Shown: positions 25,263-39,896, counted from the stretch's first letter. The stretch: 64,000 bases of DNA from Octopus sinensis (GCF_006345805.1 NC_043008.1:20088001-20152000), one strand, 5' to 3'. The notes: generated from the sequence alone by a model not told the origin. Numbers and translations: made by a program.

Positions 25263-27199
25263 TTATTGATAGTTAATTTCTATGAAGCTGTTTCTTTTTT
25301 TTATTTTTCATTTTTAATCGTTTAACTATATTAACATGGCAATGCTTAAAAAAAACATTTTCTTCTGCTATAGGAAAAAGTATTGGAGTAGGGGTCAGTC
25401 GAAGTTAGGGGTCAACTGGCACTTATTTTATTAACCACGAAATTAACTATAAATACAATTGGTTATCACTTACATGTTGCAAATAATGGGAATGTATATG
25501 GTAATAATATGATATGAATTATCTTTTTTTTTTTAATATGAAACATTCAAAACCCAAAAGGTAAGCTTAATTTCTAAGGAATGTGTTGCTAAAAATCGTC
25601 TAAAATGGAACATTTGAAATTGTTTGCCTTATATTCGTTTTATATAGAGAGATCTTCTCTCAAATCAGGATCTGCGATCCACTAGTTCTCGTCTGCCTTT
25701 CCAAACTCGGCAGAGTTTGAACTCAGAACGTAGACGCCGGATTAAATGCCGTTAAGCTTTTCACTTGACATGTTAATGATTTTACCAGCTTTCACAATAA
25801 ATCATTTTATTTAAACTTTCAGATTAATTGAGTGTCGAAGGAATTCGCTGTTTGATGCTAAACGTATTCTTACGAGTGTTGAAACTAATTAATTAAAAGC
25901 AGTAAATGCTAAAAAAATCACACAGATGTGTCCATCCATGCCTCCGCAAATTCTATGTTGCTTGAACATTTTGCAAATTACTTGTTTTAGAAAGATTTTT
26001 TTTTTTCACTTGTGAAGTAAACCACATCAACAGAAATGTAATTTAAGTCTCATGGCACAATTTGCTGCGGAAGGCATAGTGTCATGCTTAATGAAGCGAT
26101 GCAAAGTGGAAGAAAAAGATAAGAACTTTTGTGGAGTAATGATTACCAAGTTATCTACGCAAGGAATGTCTGATGCTGTTTAATACAATTCATTTCCCCT
26201 TATTCGAGATTGCTAAAGAAAACAAGCATTTAAACCTCATAGCGAGTAATTTATCTCGTTTAGGCATCGTTATATAAATGGAATGTGTCTCCTCTTCCAT
26301 GTTTGTATTTCGCCTCTCGAAGCTAAAATCAACCGATCTGAAATGACAAGAAAATTATCAGCTTTCATACGAAAAGAAAACATAGCGTGTGTTTTTTTTC
26401 TTCCCCAAACACTAGATATATCATAAATATTTGTGTTAGATATCGATTCTAAAACAAATTAGGGAAACGCATACACTACACTTAAAGTGCCATGAGATTT
26501 TGATTTAAGGTAGAATAACAACCAGTTACTGATAATTCTCGGTTATTTGTTACAATGCGTAATATATTTTGAGCAAAAATGATATCTATTATCTATTATT
26601 AAATATTTCCTTTCAATGCAATATAATTCTCAGTTAAATAAATCTAAGTGCAGCGTATAGTTATACGATTCATCAGGAAAGGTGACAATATTTCAATACT
26701 AAATCCTACGCCAAATCTATGCAACACATTTTGCTATAGCGTTTCAGCTTCCAATCAATACATAACTACAAGAAATAGAACATTACTATCTATGACAGGG
26801 CAGGCCAGTATTCTATCTATTCAATCTGTCTGAAATTAACAGCAAATGGAGTTCGTTTAACAATATATGTTTTAGTAATATTCTTATTCATCTGGCCCTA
26901 TAGAATGTGAAATCTTCATCGACGTGATTTCTAACCTAAATTCAGTGGGAGAAAATTAAATTCCAGAAGTTATTTAAAGTGATACAAGAAATATGAAAGC
27001 CTTCACTGTTGAAGATTATTGCTTAAGCAATGAAATACAATCGTCGTATATAGACAGCGAGGTTTGTGAATTTTCTCAAAACAAAACGATATCAGAAACA
27101 AATAGCCTATCAATCGTGTCCGGCACACAGCATTTGTCGATTGAAAGCCGGATGGTTAATATTGGTTTTAAATTTTAATACAAGTTCAGCAACTTCGCT

Positions 27200-27835
27200 G
27201 AAGCTCGTTAATTTGTATTCCGTTGAAAATTAATTATGTTCATTATTTGCGATTAATATACTGAGAGTCAGTTGACATCACTGTAGGGCGTCTAATTTAG
27301 GTTACTTAATTATGGTCTAAACAACAGTGTACATATTAAAAATATCTACTCCATTTAAATATTTATGTTTTCGAAGCAAGTTCATACATACGCCGGGTCT
27401 CAACTTCAATTTTCCGGCTAGACTACATCTGCTATATATACTGTAAATTCTCTGTCATTTGCAAATCGATAAGAAATAACCGATTGTACAAGCTTTTCGT
27501 ACAGGGCCACCAATTTTGTGAGGGGGTGAGTCGATTTCATCGACACCAATGAAGAGTTAATATTGGTTTCGGACTTTGGTAAAGGATCAGCGAAATCAGA
27601 AGGGAATAAATCGATGATGTTGATCCGAGTGAAGCATAACTATATCTGAATGAAGTTCCCTTGAATAGATAAATATTAAAATGGAATTGATATTCTTAAG
27701 ATGTGCACTGTGAGAATCCGAGACGTTGACTAAATAACTTAAATTAGGCGCTATACGCTGATGTCAACTGCCTCTCGGCCTATAAATTACGTAATTATGA
27801 GCAGATTTTCAACGGATAAAAAATCTACGAATTTC
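27200..27835. repeat. Old long inverted repeat (~190-bp arms), MITE-like
   Basis: 27200-27390 aligns by eye with the reverse complement of 27640-27835 (tccgttgaaaat, gagagtcagttgacatca, ctaatttaggtta, cagtgtacat, tccatttaaatatttat). Confidence 0.7.
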
Positions 27836-28374
27836 AAAAACTAGTACGATCCATTGAATAAAAAGTAATTGATATAATTTTACCAAACGTAATAGAAAGA
27901 AATGTCCACCGGATTTCAACTACAAAAAAACACTGAGTTTTATTTTGGCGGTTTGCAGTATTTTAGTTCAAGATTTGTACCAGAAGACCAAAATATTCTC
28001 AAGCATTTTTAGGATTGTGTGTAAAAAAAAATCAAGCATATATTATTAACGTAAACTCTCTGAAGTCAAGAGAATAGAATTTATAAACATGAAATTGAAA
28101 ATATTTTCGGCGTAAGGAAGAATAGCAAATACAGAAACAAATTACACTGAACAGAAGGAAATTAGAAGCTGCTGCACGTTTCTTGCAAACCGTAATAGCA
28201 CAGCTCAAAAGACGGATTTTTACACATACATGCATACATATATATATATATACGTGTGTGTATACATATGTATATATGTATGCATGTAACTATGTGTGTG
28301 CGTGCGTACCTTCATTGCAAAATTGCTATTTTGAATGAGAGAGTGCATAACATAATCTGTTTTATACTGCTCTC

Positions 28375-28439
<65 letters not shown>

Positions 28440-28662
28440 CGTATGTATGTATATAAATATGTATATGTGAGTGTTTGTGTGTGTGTACGTATATGTGTAT
28501 GTGTATGGAGCCCTCTACCACACGCTCCCCGCTCAATTCAGCATCACAACACATAACGACCTTATAATACAATTACTTTTCATCAAACGCTCTAACTCTA
28601 TTTAGTATTACCATAAAAGTGAATTGAAGAGGAAGAAATATCCCACTCCCTTTACAATGTCT

Positions 28663-28828
28663 CTGATTGTTCCCCCCCAAATCGCTTGACAATCGTTGCT
28701 GGTGTGTTTACGTCCCCGTAACTTAGCGTATCGGCAAAAGAGACCGATAGAATAAGTTCTAGGCTTAAAAAGAATAAGTCCTCGACTAAAAACGATGCTC
28801 CAGCATGGCCACAGTCAACTTGAAACAA
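28663..28828 (+). mobile_element. SINE family B, 3' half
   Basis: cgcttgacaatcgttgctggtgtgtttacgtccccg...ccagcatggccacagtc. Confidence 0.82.
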
Positions 28829-29229
28829 ATCTGGTTCCTTACTACTTTTCACTAACTACTTCTCCCCTCATTTTTCTTTAGCAGTGCTGTATCTCCATAA
28901 CCATTAATTGTCTTGTCCCAAATATCACTTCACTACTTTATATCTTCTTCCGCAATAAACTTCCTATCTTCAATAATTTCTCCTATTTATTTGAAAACAA
29001 AACTCCTTTGCTCTGCTCGAAACAATCCCATTGTTAATACTGATCTATTTATTTTCTTGATATCTTTTCATTTTGATATCAATCGCAATGTCATTCATTC
29101 ATTCATTCATTCATTCATTCATTCATTATTATTTATCTTTTTTATCTCAGATTTTGTTCTGTACCATGCATAGCGGACGACCTGGCTGCAGCCTACGGTA
29201 CCCATGCTATATGTTCTTTTCAACTAATA

Positions 29230-32200
29230 CTTTCTTTTTCTTCTTCCTCTTCTTCTTCTTTTTTCTTTTTCTTCTTCTATTTTTCTTCATCTTTTTTCTT
29301 TTTCCTTCTTCAATTCCTCTCCTTCTTCTGCTTCTCCTTCTTTTTTCTTTTCTACTTCTTCACCTTTTTCTTCCTTTAATTCTTCTCCTTCTTCTTCTAT
29401 TTTTCCTCTCCTTCTTCTGCTTCTCCTTCTTTTTTCTTTTCTACTTCTTCACCTTCTTCTTCCTTTAATTCTTCTCCTTCCTCTTCTGCTTCCTTTCCTT
29501 CTCCTTCTTCTGCTTCTCCTTCTTTTTTCTTTTCTACTTCTTCACCTTCTTCTTCCTTTAATTCTTCTCCTTCCTCTTCTGCTTCCTTTCCTTCTCCTTC
29601 TTCTGCTTCTCCTTCTTTTTTCTTTTCTACTTCTCCACCTTCTTCTTCCTTTAATTCTTCTCCTTCCTCTTCTGCTTCCTTTCCTTCTTCTTCTTCTGCT
29701 TCTTCTTTTCTTCTTTTTTCTTTTCTACTTCTTCAGCTTCTTCTTCCTTTAATTCTTCTCCTTCCTCTTCTTCTTCCTTTCCTTCTTCTTCTTTTTCTCA
29801 TTCTTCCTTTTCTTCTTCTATTCTTCTTTTTCTTTTCTTCTTCTTCATCTTCTTTCTTTCTTCTTTCCCTACCTTCTTCCTTAACTTCTTCCTTTTCTCT
29901 TTCTTCCTATTCTTCTACATTTTCGTTCTTCCTTCTTCCTTTCCTTCTTTTCCTTCTTCTTCCTTTTCTTCTTTTTTTCCTTCTTCATTTTCTTCTTCTA
30001 TTCTTCTTTTTCTTTTCTTCTTCTTCGTCTACCTTTCCTTCTTCTTCTTCCTTTCCTTCTTCTTCTTTTTCTCCTTCTTCCTTTTCTTCTTCTATTCTTC
30101 TTTTTCTTTTCTTCTTCTTCGTCTTCCTTTCCTTCTTTTCCTTCTTCTTCTTCCTTTCCTTCTTCTTTTTCTCCTTCTTCCTTTTCTTCTTATATTCTTC
30201 TTTTTCTTTTCTTCTTCTACACCTTTCTTTCTTCCTTCCTTACCCTCTTCCTTAACTTCTTCCTTTTCTCTTTCTTCCTATTCTTCTACATTTTCGTTTC
30301 TTCCTTCTTCCTTTCCTTCTTTTCATTCTTCTTCTTCCTTTCCTTCTTCTTCTTTTTCTCCTTCCTTTTCTTCTTCTATTCTTCTTTTTCTTTTCTTCTT
30401 CTTCATCTTCCTTTCTTTCTTCCTTACTTTCTTCCTTAACTTCTTCCTTTTTTCTTTCTTCCTATTCTACATTTTCCTGTCTTCCTTCTTCCTTTCCTTC
30501 TTTTCCTTCTTCTTCCCTTCCTTCTTCTTCTTTTTCTCCTTCTTCCTTTTCTTCTTATATTCTTCTTTTTCTTTTCTTCTTCTTCATCTTCCTTTCTTTC
30601 TTCCTTCCTTACCTTCTTCCTTACTTCTTCCTTTTCTCTTCTTCCTATTCTTCTACATTTTCGTTTCTTCCTTCTTCTTTCCTTCTTCTTTTTAACCTTT
30701 ATTCTTCTCCTTCCTCTTCTCTTCTTTCCTTCTTCTTCTTTTCCTCCTTCTTCCTTTTCTTCTTCTATTCTTCTTTTTCTTTTTCTTCTTCATCTTCCTT
30801 TCTTTCTTCCTTCCTTACCTTCTTCCTTAACTTCTTCCTTTTCTCTTTCTTCCTATTCTTCTACATTTTCGTTTCTTCCTTCTTCCTTTCCTTCTTCTTC
30901 CTTTAATTCTTCTCCTTCCTCTTCTTCTTCCTTTCCTTCTTCTTCTTTTCCTCCTTCTTCCTTTTCTTCTTCTATTCTTCTTTTTCTTTTCTTCTTCTTC
31001 ATCTTCCTTTCTTTCTTCCTTCCTTACCTTCTTCCTTAACTTCTTCCTTTTCTCTTTCTTCCTATTCCTCTACATTTTCGTTTCTTCCTTCTTCCTTGCC
31101 TTCTTTTCCTTCTTCTTCATTTCCTTCTTCTTTTTCTCCTTCTTCATTTTCTTCTTCTATTCTTCTTTTTCTTTTCCTCTTCTTCGTCTTCCTTTCCTTC
31201 TTTTCCTTCTTCTTCTTCCTTTCCTTCTTCTTTTTCTCCTTTCTTTTCTTCTTATATTCTTCTTTTTCTTTTCTTCTTCTTCACCTTTCTTCCTTCTTCC
31301 TTTCCTTCTTTTCCTTCTTCTTTTTCTCCTTCCTTTTCTTCTTCTATTCTTCTTTTTCTTTTCTTCTTCTTCTTCATCTTCCTTTCTTCCTTCCTTACCT
31401 TCTTCCTTAACTCCTTCCTTTTCTCTTTCTTCCTATTCCTCTACATTTTCGTTTCTTCCTTCTTCCTTTCCTTCTTTTCCTTCTTCTTCATTTCCTTCTT
31501 CTTTTTCTCCTTTATTTTCTTCTTCTATTCTTCTTTTTCTTTTCCTCTTCTTCGTCTTCCTTTCCTTCTTTTCCTTCTTCTTCTTCCTTTCCTTCTTCTT
31601 TTTCTCCTTCTTCCTTTTCTTCTTCTATTCTTCTTTTTCTTTTCTTCTTCTTCGTCTTCCTTTCCTTCTTTTCCTTCTTCTTCTTTCTTTCCTTCTTCTT
31701 CTTTTTCTCCTTCTTCCTTTTCTTTTTCTATTCTTCTTTTTCTTTTCTTCTTCTTCATTTCCTTTCTTTCTTCTTACCTCTTCCTTGACTTCTTCCTTTT
31801 CTCTTCTTCCTATTCTTCTACATTTTCGTTTCTTCCTTCTTCCTTTCGTTCTTTTCCTTCTTCCTTTCCTTCTTTTCCTTCTTCCTTTCCTTCTTCTTCT
31901 TTTTCTCCTTCTTCCTTTTCTTGTTCTATTCTTCTTTTTCTTTTCTTCTTCTTCATCTTCCTTTTCTTCTTCCTTACCTTCTTCCTTAACTTCTTCCTTT
32001 TCTCTTTCTTCCTATTCTTCTACATTTTCGTTTCTTCCTTCTTCCTTTCCTTGTTCCTTCTTCCTTCCTTCTTCTTCTTTTTCTCCTTCTTCCTTTTCTT
32101 GTTCTATTCTTCTTTTTTTTTCTTCTTCTTCATCTTCCTTTCTTTCTCCTTACCTTCTTCCTTAACTTCTTCTTTTCTCTTTCTTCCTATTCTTCTACAT

Positions 32201-32480
32201 TTTCGTTTCTTCCTTCTTCCTTTCCTTGTTTTCCTTCTTCCTTTCCTTCTTCTTCTTTTTCTCCTTCTTCCTTTTCTTCTTCTATTCTTCTTTTTCTTTT
32301 CTTCTTCTTCATCTTCCTTTCTTTCTTCCTTACCTTCTTCCTTAACTTCTTCCTTTTCTCTTTCTTCCTATTCTTCTACATTTTCGTTTCTTCCTTCTTC
32401 CTTTCGTTCTTTTCCTTCTTCATTTTCTTCTACCTTACCTTCTTTTCCTTCCCCTTCTTCTCCTTCCTTCTTCTTCTTCT
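29230..32480. repeat. 3.25-kb (CTT)-based polypyrimidine higher-order minisatellite
   Basis: + strand almost only C/T. A ~90-98-bp unit occurs 5 times (marker tttaattcttctcc), then a ~180-210-bp unit (marker cttaacttctt). Confidence 0.95.
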
Positions 32481-33092
32481 TATTATTATTTTTATTATTA
32501 TCATCTTCATTGCCATGGCTTATTATTATTATTATTATTATTATTATATTATTATTATTATTATTATCATCTTCATTGCTATGACTTATTATTGTTCCCA
32601 TTATTATTACTTTAATAATCATTATTATAATTATAAACATCATTTATACTTCTGCTATTATTGATGTTCTTAATGTTATTGTTACAATTATCTGCGTAAA
32701 TTTCCATTGCAATTACTATTATAATCAACCATGATTTTATTATCACCAGCGTTATTGTTCCTTTTGTTAATTTTTTATTATATGATTAATATTGTTAGTG
32801 TCATTGTTACGATTCTCACTTTTTCCACCATTTTTAGCGTCATTATAGTAAGGAGTAAATGCTTTTTACACACAATTTCTATTGAAACTATAATTCACAT
32901 CTTATAAATTTGGAGTGGTTTTTATTTCTTCCTTCTTCAAATGGAAATTCCTGCTTTATAAGTTTTGGTTTTAATTGCACCCATACACCTCGCGTTTGCT
33001 CTTTACTGTATTCACGCCACAACTACTACTACTACTACTACTACAACCATAGATACCTCTACTACTATTACTACTACTACAACTACTATTAC

Positions 33093-33322
33093 TTATTTCT
33101 TTATTGCCAACAAGGGGCTAAACATAGAGGAGACAAACAAGCAGAGACAAAGGGGTTAAGTCAATTCCATCCACCCCAGTGCGTAACTGGTACTTAATTT
33201 ATCGACCCCGAAAGGATGAAAGGCAAAGTCATCCTCGGCGGAATTTGAACTCAAAACGTAACGACAGACGAATTATGGCTACGCATTACGCCCGGGGTGC
33301 TAACGTTTCTGCCAGCTCGCCT
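33093..33322 (-). mobile_element. SINE family A monomer within (CTA)n/(CTG)n triplet repeats
   Basis: Reverse complement of the full monomer; triplet repeats at 33020-33090 and 33322-33520. Confidence 0.88.
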
Positions 33323-33933
33323 ACAACTACTATTACTACTATTACTGCCACTGCTGCTGCTACTGCTATTACTTTTACTAATACCACTACTGCTACAATT
33401 GCTGGTGCTGCCGTTACTATTATTGCTACTATTACTGCTGCTGCTGCTACCACTACTACTACTACTACTAGTACTACTACTACGTCTGCTGCTTCTGCTT
33501 CTGCTGCTGCTGCTGCTTCTAATACAGAGATAGTTTTGTTACTGTTTGCCTAAGTTTCCTATTATCAAATTTCAAAGATATTAAGTTGTAAGACGCTGTA
33601 AACGACAGATTTACTGTGTTTGATAAAGATTCTTCAATGTGGAATAAATGCGAGGCAGTGTCTATCCACTGTATTTAAATTGGCCCGTGCAATCGTGTAT
33701 GATATTTGGGATCAGAATACTGGTTTATACCACAATATATTCTACGGGACTTACCATTGGTTTGAATACGTGCGCGCACGAGTATTTCTTGGTGTGTGTG
33801 TCTGTAGATTGAATTGATTTCGAATGAGGTATTCCATGATTTAGATATAAGTACCTTATTACCATGAACGCAGGAATTATAAATTATAGTATATGCATAC
33901 CTACATATATATGTGTGTGTGTGTTTATGTGTG

Positions 33934-33968
<35 letters not shown>

Positions 33969-33971
33969 GTA

Positions 33972-34188
33972 TTACTCTTTACTCTTTACTCTTTTTCTTG
34001 TTTCAGTCATTTCACTGCGGCCATGCTGGAGCACCGCCTTTAGTCGAGCAACTCGACCCCGGGACTTATTCTTTGTAAGCCCAGTACTTATTCTATCGGT
34101 CTCTTTTGCCGAACCGCTAAGTGACGGGGACGTAAACACACCAGCATCGGTTGTCAAGCAATGCTAGGGGGACAAACACAGACACACA

Positions 34189-34255
<67 letters not shown>

Positions 34256-34420
34256 CGACAGGCTTCTTTCAGTTTCCGTCTACCAACTCCACTCACAAGG
34301 CATTGGTCGGTCCTGGGCTATAGCAGAAGACACTTGCCCAAGATGCCACGCAGTGGGACTGAACCCGGAACCATGTGGTTGGTTAGCAAGCTACTTACCA
34401 CACTGCCACTCCTGCGCCTA
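33972..34420 (-). mobile_element. SINE family B, full length, young
   Basis: Near-identical to 1-297 and 38290-38690; ends in (TAAAAGAG)-type tail repeats. Confidence 0.92.
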
Positions 34421-34450
34421 TTGTTTATATATATATATATATATATTCTT

Positions 34451-35050
34451 GAGAGCGGCGAACTGGCACAAACGTTAGCACACCGGGCGAAATGCTTTGC
34501 GGTACTTCGTCTGCCGTTACGTTGTGAGTTCAAATTCCGCCTAGGTCGACTTTGCCTTTCATCCTTTCGGGGTCGATAAATTAAGTCCCAGTTACGCACT
34601 GGGGTCGATGTAATCGACATAATATCTATGTCTGTCCTTGTTTGTCCCCTCTATGTTTAGCCCCTTGTGGGTAATAAAGAAATAGGTATTTCGTCTGTCG
34701 TTACGTTCTGAGTTCAAATTCCGCCGAGGTCGACTTTGCTTTTCATCCTTACAGGGTCGATAAATAAGTCCCAGTTACGCACTGGGGTCGATGTAATCGA
34801 CATAATATCTATGTCTGTCCTTGTTTGTCCCCTCTATGTTTAGCCCCTTGTGGGTAATAAAGAAATAGGTATTTCGTCTGTCGTTACGTTCTGAGTTCAA
34901 ATTCCGCCGAGGTCGACTTTGCTTTTCATCCTTACAGGGTCGATAAATTAAGTACCAGTTATACACTGGAGTCGATATAATCGACTTAATCCGTTTGTCT
35001 GTCCTTGTTTGTCCCCTCTATGTTTAGCCCCTTGTGGGTAATAAAGAAAA
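34451..35050 (+). mobile_element. SINE family A trimer
   Basis: One full monomer plus two monomers lacking box A, starting at about 34687 and 34870. Confidence 0.92.
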
Positions 35051-35059
35051 ATATATATA

Positions 35060-35134
<75 letters not shown>

Positions 35135-36849
35135 GTGTACTTATATGTGTAAATATATAAGTATTTACATATACGTGTCTGTCTGTGTGTGTGTGTGTGG
35201 ACGTGCATTTGTTTGTGTGCGCTTGGGTGTATGTCTCCAGGATGCATTTTCAGAAACAGAATAACTCGTACAAATGCGGGTGCAGTGTCATATCTAAATA
35301 ATAGTTACAGTTTCATTCTTTGTCTTTGGTATTTAAATACATTTCAATATTCTTTTCTAATATCATTTCCATGGGTTTAACTTCCCTGGTTCGTACTTAA
35401 AATCTACCCAGTATTCGATTTCTTTTCAGCTACTTGAGTATTTAATAACCTATTTTTTCGTGAGAGACAGCTAGTTACAGTGATATTGAGTTCACTTTTA
35501 AGCGTTATAATGTATTGCTTTTATAAAGGTATTGAAATTCACACAAGCATACAGTTTTAGAAGACGAACTTATCGTTGTATATAGTTGATATACAGGGTG
35601 CAGCAGAAAGGATGTCTCATTTCAAATGTTAATTAAAAAACGAACACATGAAAATACAAGAAAAAAATGCTCTCCACTGAAGGCCATGTTGGCTACTACC
35701 TGAAACAAAAAGAAAAAAAACGACATTATTATGACCAATTATTTCACGATATATCAGCAAGTATATTACTGAGACAGAATAAATTTTTTCAGAGATGTGA
35801 CGAAACTGTCGAGAAGTGTGTTGATTTATCTGTCTTGCGTACGTGGGTGTGAAATTATCTACGTATTAGGTATTTCGAATAGGTTCGATGTTGCTATGGC
35901 TGTATTTAGTTGTATGAATCTTGGTGGAGGCGTGTGTTTAAATTGTGGGAAATGTATTATTTTGAGTATTAATGGATGTTTGGACATGAATTTATCTTCA
36001 GATACACATTTTCAAATGAGTATGTGGACTGTGAATTTTCGCATGTCTCCACGCCCTTATATGTGTACTTCTTCGCATGAGTACATGAATTTGCGTGTAG
36101 AAGTGTATAGTTGTATGATTATGTCTTTGAAACTGATGTGAGAATGTGTGCGTCGATATATATATATTTAACTTGCATGTATTTAAGCTTTTGGATTACT
36201 ACCTACATATATATCCTTATGTGCGTATAGATGTGGTGTATCTCTTTGTTGCGTGCTTATGATCGAACAAACATGTGTGCAGTGAAATAATCTCCTGTTT
36301 GAATTTGTCAAGTAGATCTATGGAAAAATAGTCGACGCCAATACTTGGAAAAGAATTCACAGCTTTTGTTTCCTCTTTTCTTCCATGTGCATTTATGTCA
36401 AATATTCATTTCTTCGCTCATTCCAGTTCCTTCGTCGATGCTAGCACCACAACCACTACGACTATCGCTAACATCTCTATAGCTCAGTTCCAACTTCTCT
36501 GTGGAGATATGAAAATTCAGACGCGGTTTCTAGCATTTATTCGGAACTACGTTGTCTTTTATATTTTTACGTCACCTCCAATATTCTTTGCAAAATCGTA
36601 GAACTCGTGTAATCTTGTTTCCGTTTCTTTTTATGATGATTTTTATCACAGATCTTGAAAGTCTCATACGTACAATTACATTTTCCCCATGATTCCATTA
36701 TTTACCTTTCTTTAACTCTCATTCTAATTTCCACTTTCTTTTTTTGCTCTTATAAATGATTGCTATTTGTTTTTTTCCTTATTTTTTCTATTTTCTTTTA
36801 TATTAATGTTTATTGTTTATGAAGTCTTCAGTGTCACATCATGATGTTT

Positions 36850-37550
36850 TGGAAATTTCTCTTCGTCTCATATATTATTTAACTCATGCGAAAGCTTTCA
36901 CATTTTTTAGAATTCTTCATTGATCCATCAACCATATTTTGTTTTGACAGACGTATAATATGCATTCGAGGTATATGTGTTTTGTGATCTCTCAAGAGCG
37001 CAGTTTTCAATTCTTGTTCCAGCAAACTGTATTAAATACAAATAAGGAAACAGAGGGATAACGCTGCACTTCGAGCAATAACAATTATGAACAATTACAG
37101 ATTAGTCATGTAAAAATCTCAGTATTGATTTCAACTTCTTGTCTATATATGGTGGGGTCGTTCATGTTCCATGTGAAACTTGGGTGATCCAAATACCTCC
37201 GTCTTTCTTTTCATTATTTGCGCACAGTCTTATTAAATGCTGCATGCAAACGGTGATTTGCAACACGGTTCTTCACGTCATTGCGCAGTACCATCTTCCA
37301 CAGTAATGATGAACTGGATATTTATATTTCGTAGACTTCATTCATTGACTTGGCCATGGACACTGTGAATGGACAAACCAGGAAGCGGCCGTAATCATTC
37401 TTGCACTCCAGTATCCCTGCACTGTATACCTACAAGTATCTGAATATGGAGCGATAATATAATGCTCAGTTTTCCCCATGTTGCCGTCGATATTTTTTTC
37501 GCAGATTTTCTTTCCAATTCTTATTACCTTCACCTATTTTAACGATTCAC
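36850..37550 (-). mobile_element. Probable decayed RTE-like LINE fragment
   Basis: Minus frames such as RRYLDHPSFTWN...RQEVE loosely resemble the end of the APE endonuclease domain; many stops. A similar relic may lie at 38700-39080. Confidence 0.3.
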
Positions 37551-37563
37551 TCTATTAAAAACA

Positions 37564-37991
37564 TACCTATTTCTTTACTACCCACAAGGGGCTAAACGCA
37601 GAGGAGACAAACAAGGACAGACAAACAAGGACAGACAAACGGATTCAGTCGATTATATCGACCCCCAAGGCGTAACTAGTACTTAATTTATCGACCCCGA
37701 AAGGATGAAAGGCAGAGTCAACCTCGGCGGAATGTGAACTCAGAACGTATTGGCAGACGAAATACCTATTTCTTTACTACGAAACAAGGAGCTAAACGCA
37801 GAGAGAACAAACAAACGGATTGAGTCGATTATATCGACCCCAGTGCGTAACTGGTACTTAATTTATCGACCCCGAAAGGATGAAAAGCAAAGTCGACCTC
37901 AGCGGAACTTGAACTCAGAACATAACGGCAGACGAAATACCGCTAAGCATTTCGCCAGGCGTGCTAACGTTTCTGCCAGTTCGTCGCCTTA
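37564..37991 (-). mobile_element. SINE family A dimer
   Basis: Two monomers in reverse orientation, junction near 37765. Confidence 0.9.
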
Positions 37992-38289
37992 GTAGCATTA
38001 TATAATGACGTCTTTATACTTCCCACTCAAATTGTTTGTACTTAAGCACAGTTCGAATGTGTGAATAATTGCAAAACAAAAAAGTCAGATTAGGATCTCC
38101 GCTACAAGTCTAAAAAGCAAGGTATAATATCATTACAGCTTAACATCACCACAGAGTGCAACGCTAAATGTGATGAATGGATGGCTAGTAAATATCATTA
38201 TATTTCATTTTTTTTTTATTTGTCATACATTGGTTGTGTTCAGTAAACCTTTATTTATAGCTTTCAATCGTTTGGGCCTGCCACAACTA

Positions 38290-38690
38290 TACTCTTACTC
38301 GTTTACTCTTTTACTTGTTTCAGTCAGTTGACTGCGGCCATGCTGGAGCACCGCCTTTAGTCGAGCAAATCGACCCCGGGACTTATTCTTTGTAAGCCCA
38401 GTACTTATTCTATCGGTCTCTTTTGCCGAACCGCTAAGTGACGGGTACGTAAACACACCAGCATCGGTTGTCAAGCAATGCTAGGGGAACAAACACATAC
38501 ACACATATATATATATACATATATACGACAGGCTTCTTTCAGTTCCCGTCTACCAAATCCACTCACAAGGCATTGGTCGGCCCGGGGCTATAGCAGAAGA
38601 CACTTGCCCAAGATGCCACGCAGTGGGACTGAACCCGGAACCATGTGGCTGGTTAGCAAGCTACTTACCACACAGCCACTCCTGCCCCTA
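38290..38690 (-). mobile_element. SINE family B, full length, young
   Basis: Near-identical to 33972-34420. Confidence 0.92.
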
Positions 38691-39834
38691 TGTATAATGT
38701 TTAATTAAGCATATCATAAATTCGCCATACTGTCTCAAATACACATCCCCATTTTTGTCTCCCTTTATTTTAATCTTTTACTTCTCATTTTTTTAAAAAG
38801 TTTCAGTCTTTTGTAATTCAAGTAATTTTCCCTATAATTCTATTTTCTTTCACTGTTTTTATATTTTCTATGATATTTCAATATATATTTCAGATATACA
38901 GTCACTTTTCAATAGCCACAATTCATTTCATTTTATCTGCTTCCCTTCTTTTCTGCTCTGCTCGTGTATTTATAAATCTCCAGACAAAACGCTGTCCAAG
39001 GCAAATTTCTTTCATCTTCTCTGCCTGATATCAGCGCCATCTCTTTTTTCCAGTGACTTTTGTTAACATTGCTTCAATTATTACGAAGTACACTTGGGAA
39101 CAACATAGAGTTTATCGCGCTTAATTGGCTTCAAAGCAAAAATCTTTGCATTTGCAGGAATGTGAAGCTATGGGAGAAATTTCTATTTCATTAAAGAAAC
39201 AAACCCCTTATCGCCAACAACCAGTTATTATCTTTTGATTAAGAATTGTTAATTGTTACTTATTATCAGATAAGAAAGTTATCTGTGCATATATATTATA
39301 CAGGGAAACCTTTTGACGATAGATATCTCAATGCCTCCAAAAGTTATCCACAAGTAATTTTAGGCCTGGACCTGAGAGCTTTCTTTATTAATGCTGTATT
39401 TAGCAAATGCAATTTACAGTAATATGCAAAGCATGTCTGTGATGTTACATTTTCCTTCATATATATATCGCATGGCTAAAAATATCAATCCAAAATTCCA
39501 CGCAGTTGTTACGAAAGCGAACTATAGAAGTTAAAACAAAGGCTAAAAAATACCAATATGCTCAATAAGCACAGAACTCTATAAATAAGGAGAGCTGAAG
39601 TAGATTTAATATATATTTTACTATTATTAGACATCTGAGTTTCATTTTCAAATATTTTTTGTTTCTTTTTTTTATGAGTCTAACGTTTACAAGGTTGATG
39701 ACTTATCCTTTGAAACTGCATTAGATTTCTTGTAAGAATTAAACACCCTTAAACAAGCTTTATTGTTCAGATGCTTTCAAAGGAGTACTTTCATTACTTT
39801 CAATCCAACTGCATGCGTAAGCGATATGTAAATA

Positions 39835-39839
39835 CACAC

Positions 39840-39896
<57 letters not shown>

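Noticed and set aside
29230-32640. Glu/Lys/Arg-rich protein on the minus strand
   Set aside because: Frames are repeatedly broken by stops and unit-length changes; no splice or start context.
34451-35050. CRISPR-like or satellite array
   Set aside because: Units are ~180-bp SINE monomers with no unique spacers; eukaryotic context.
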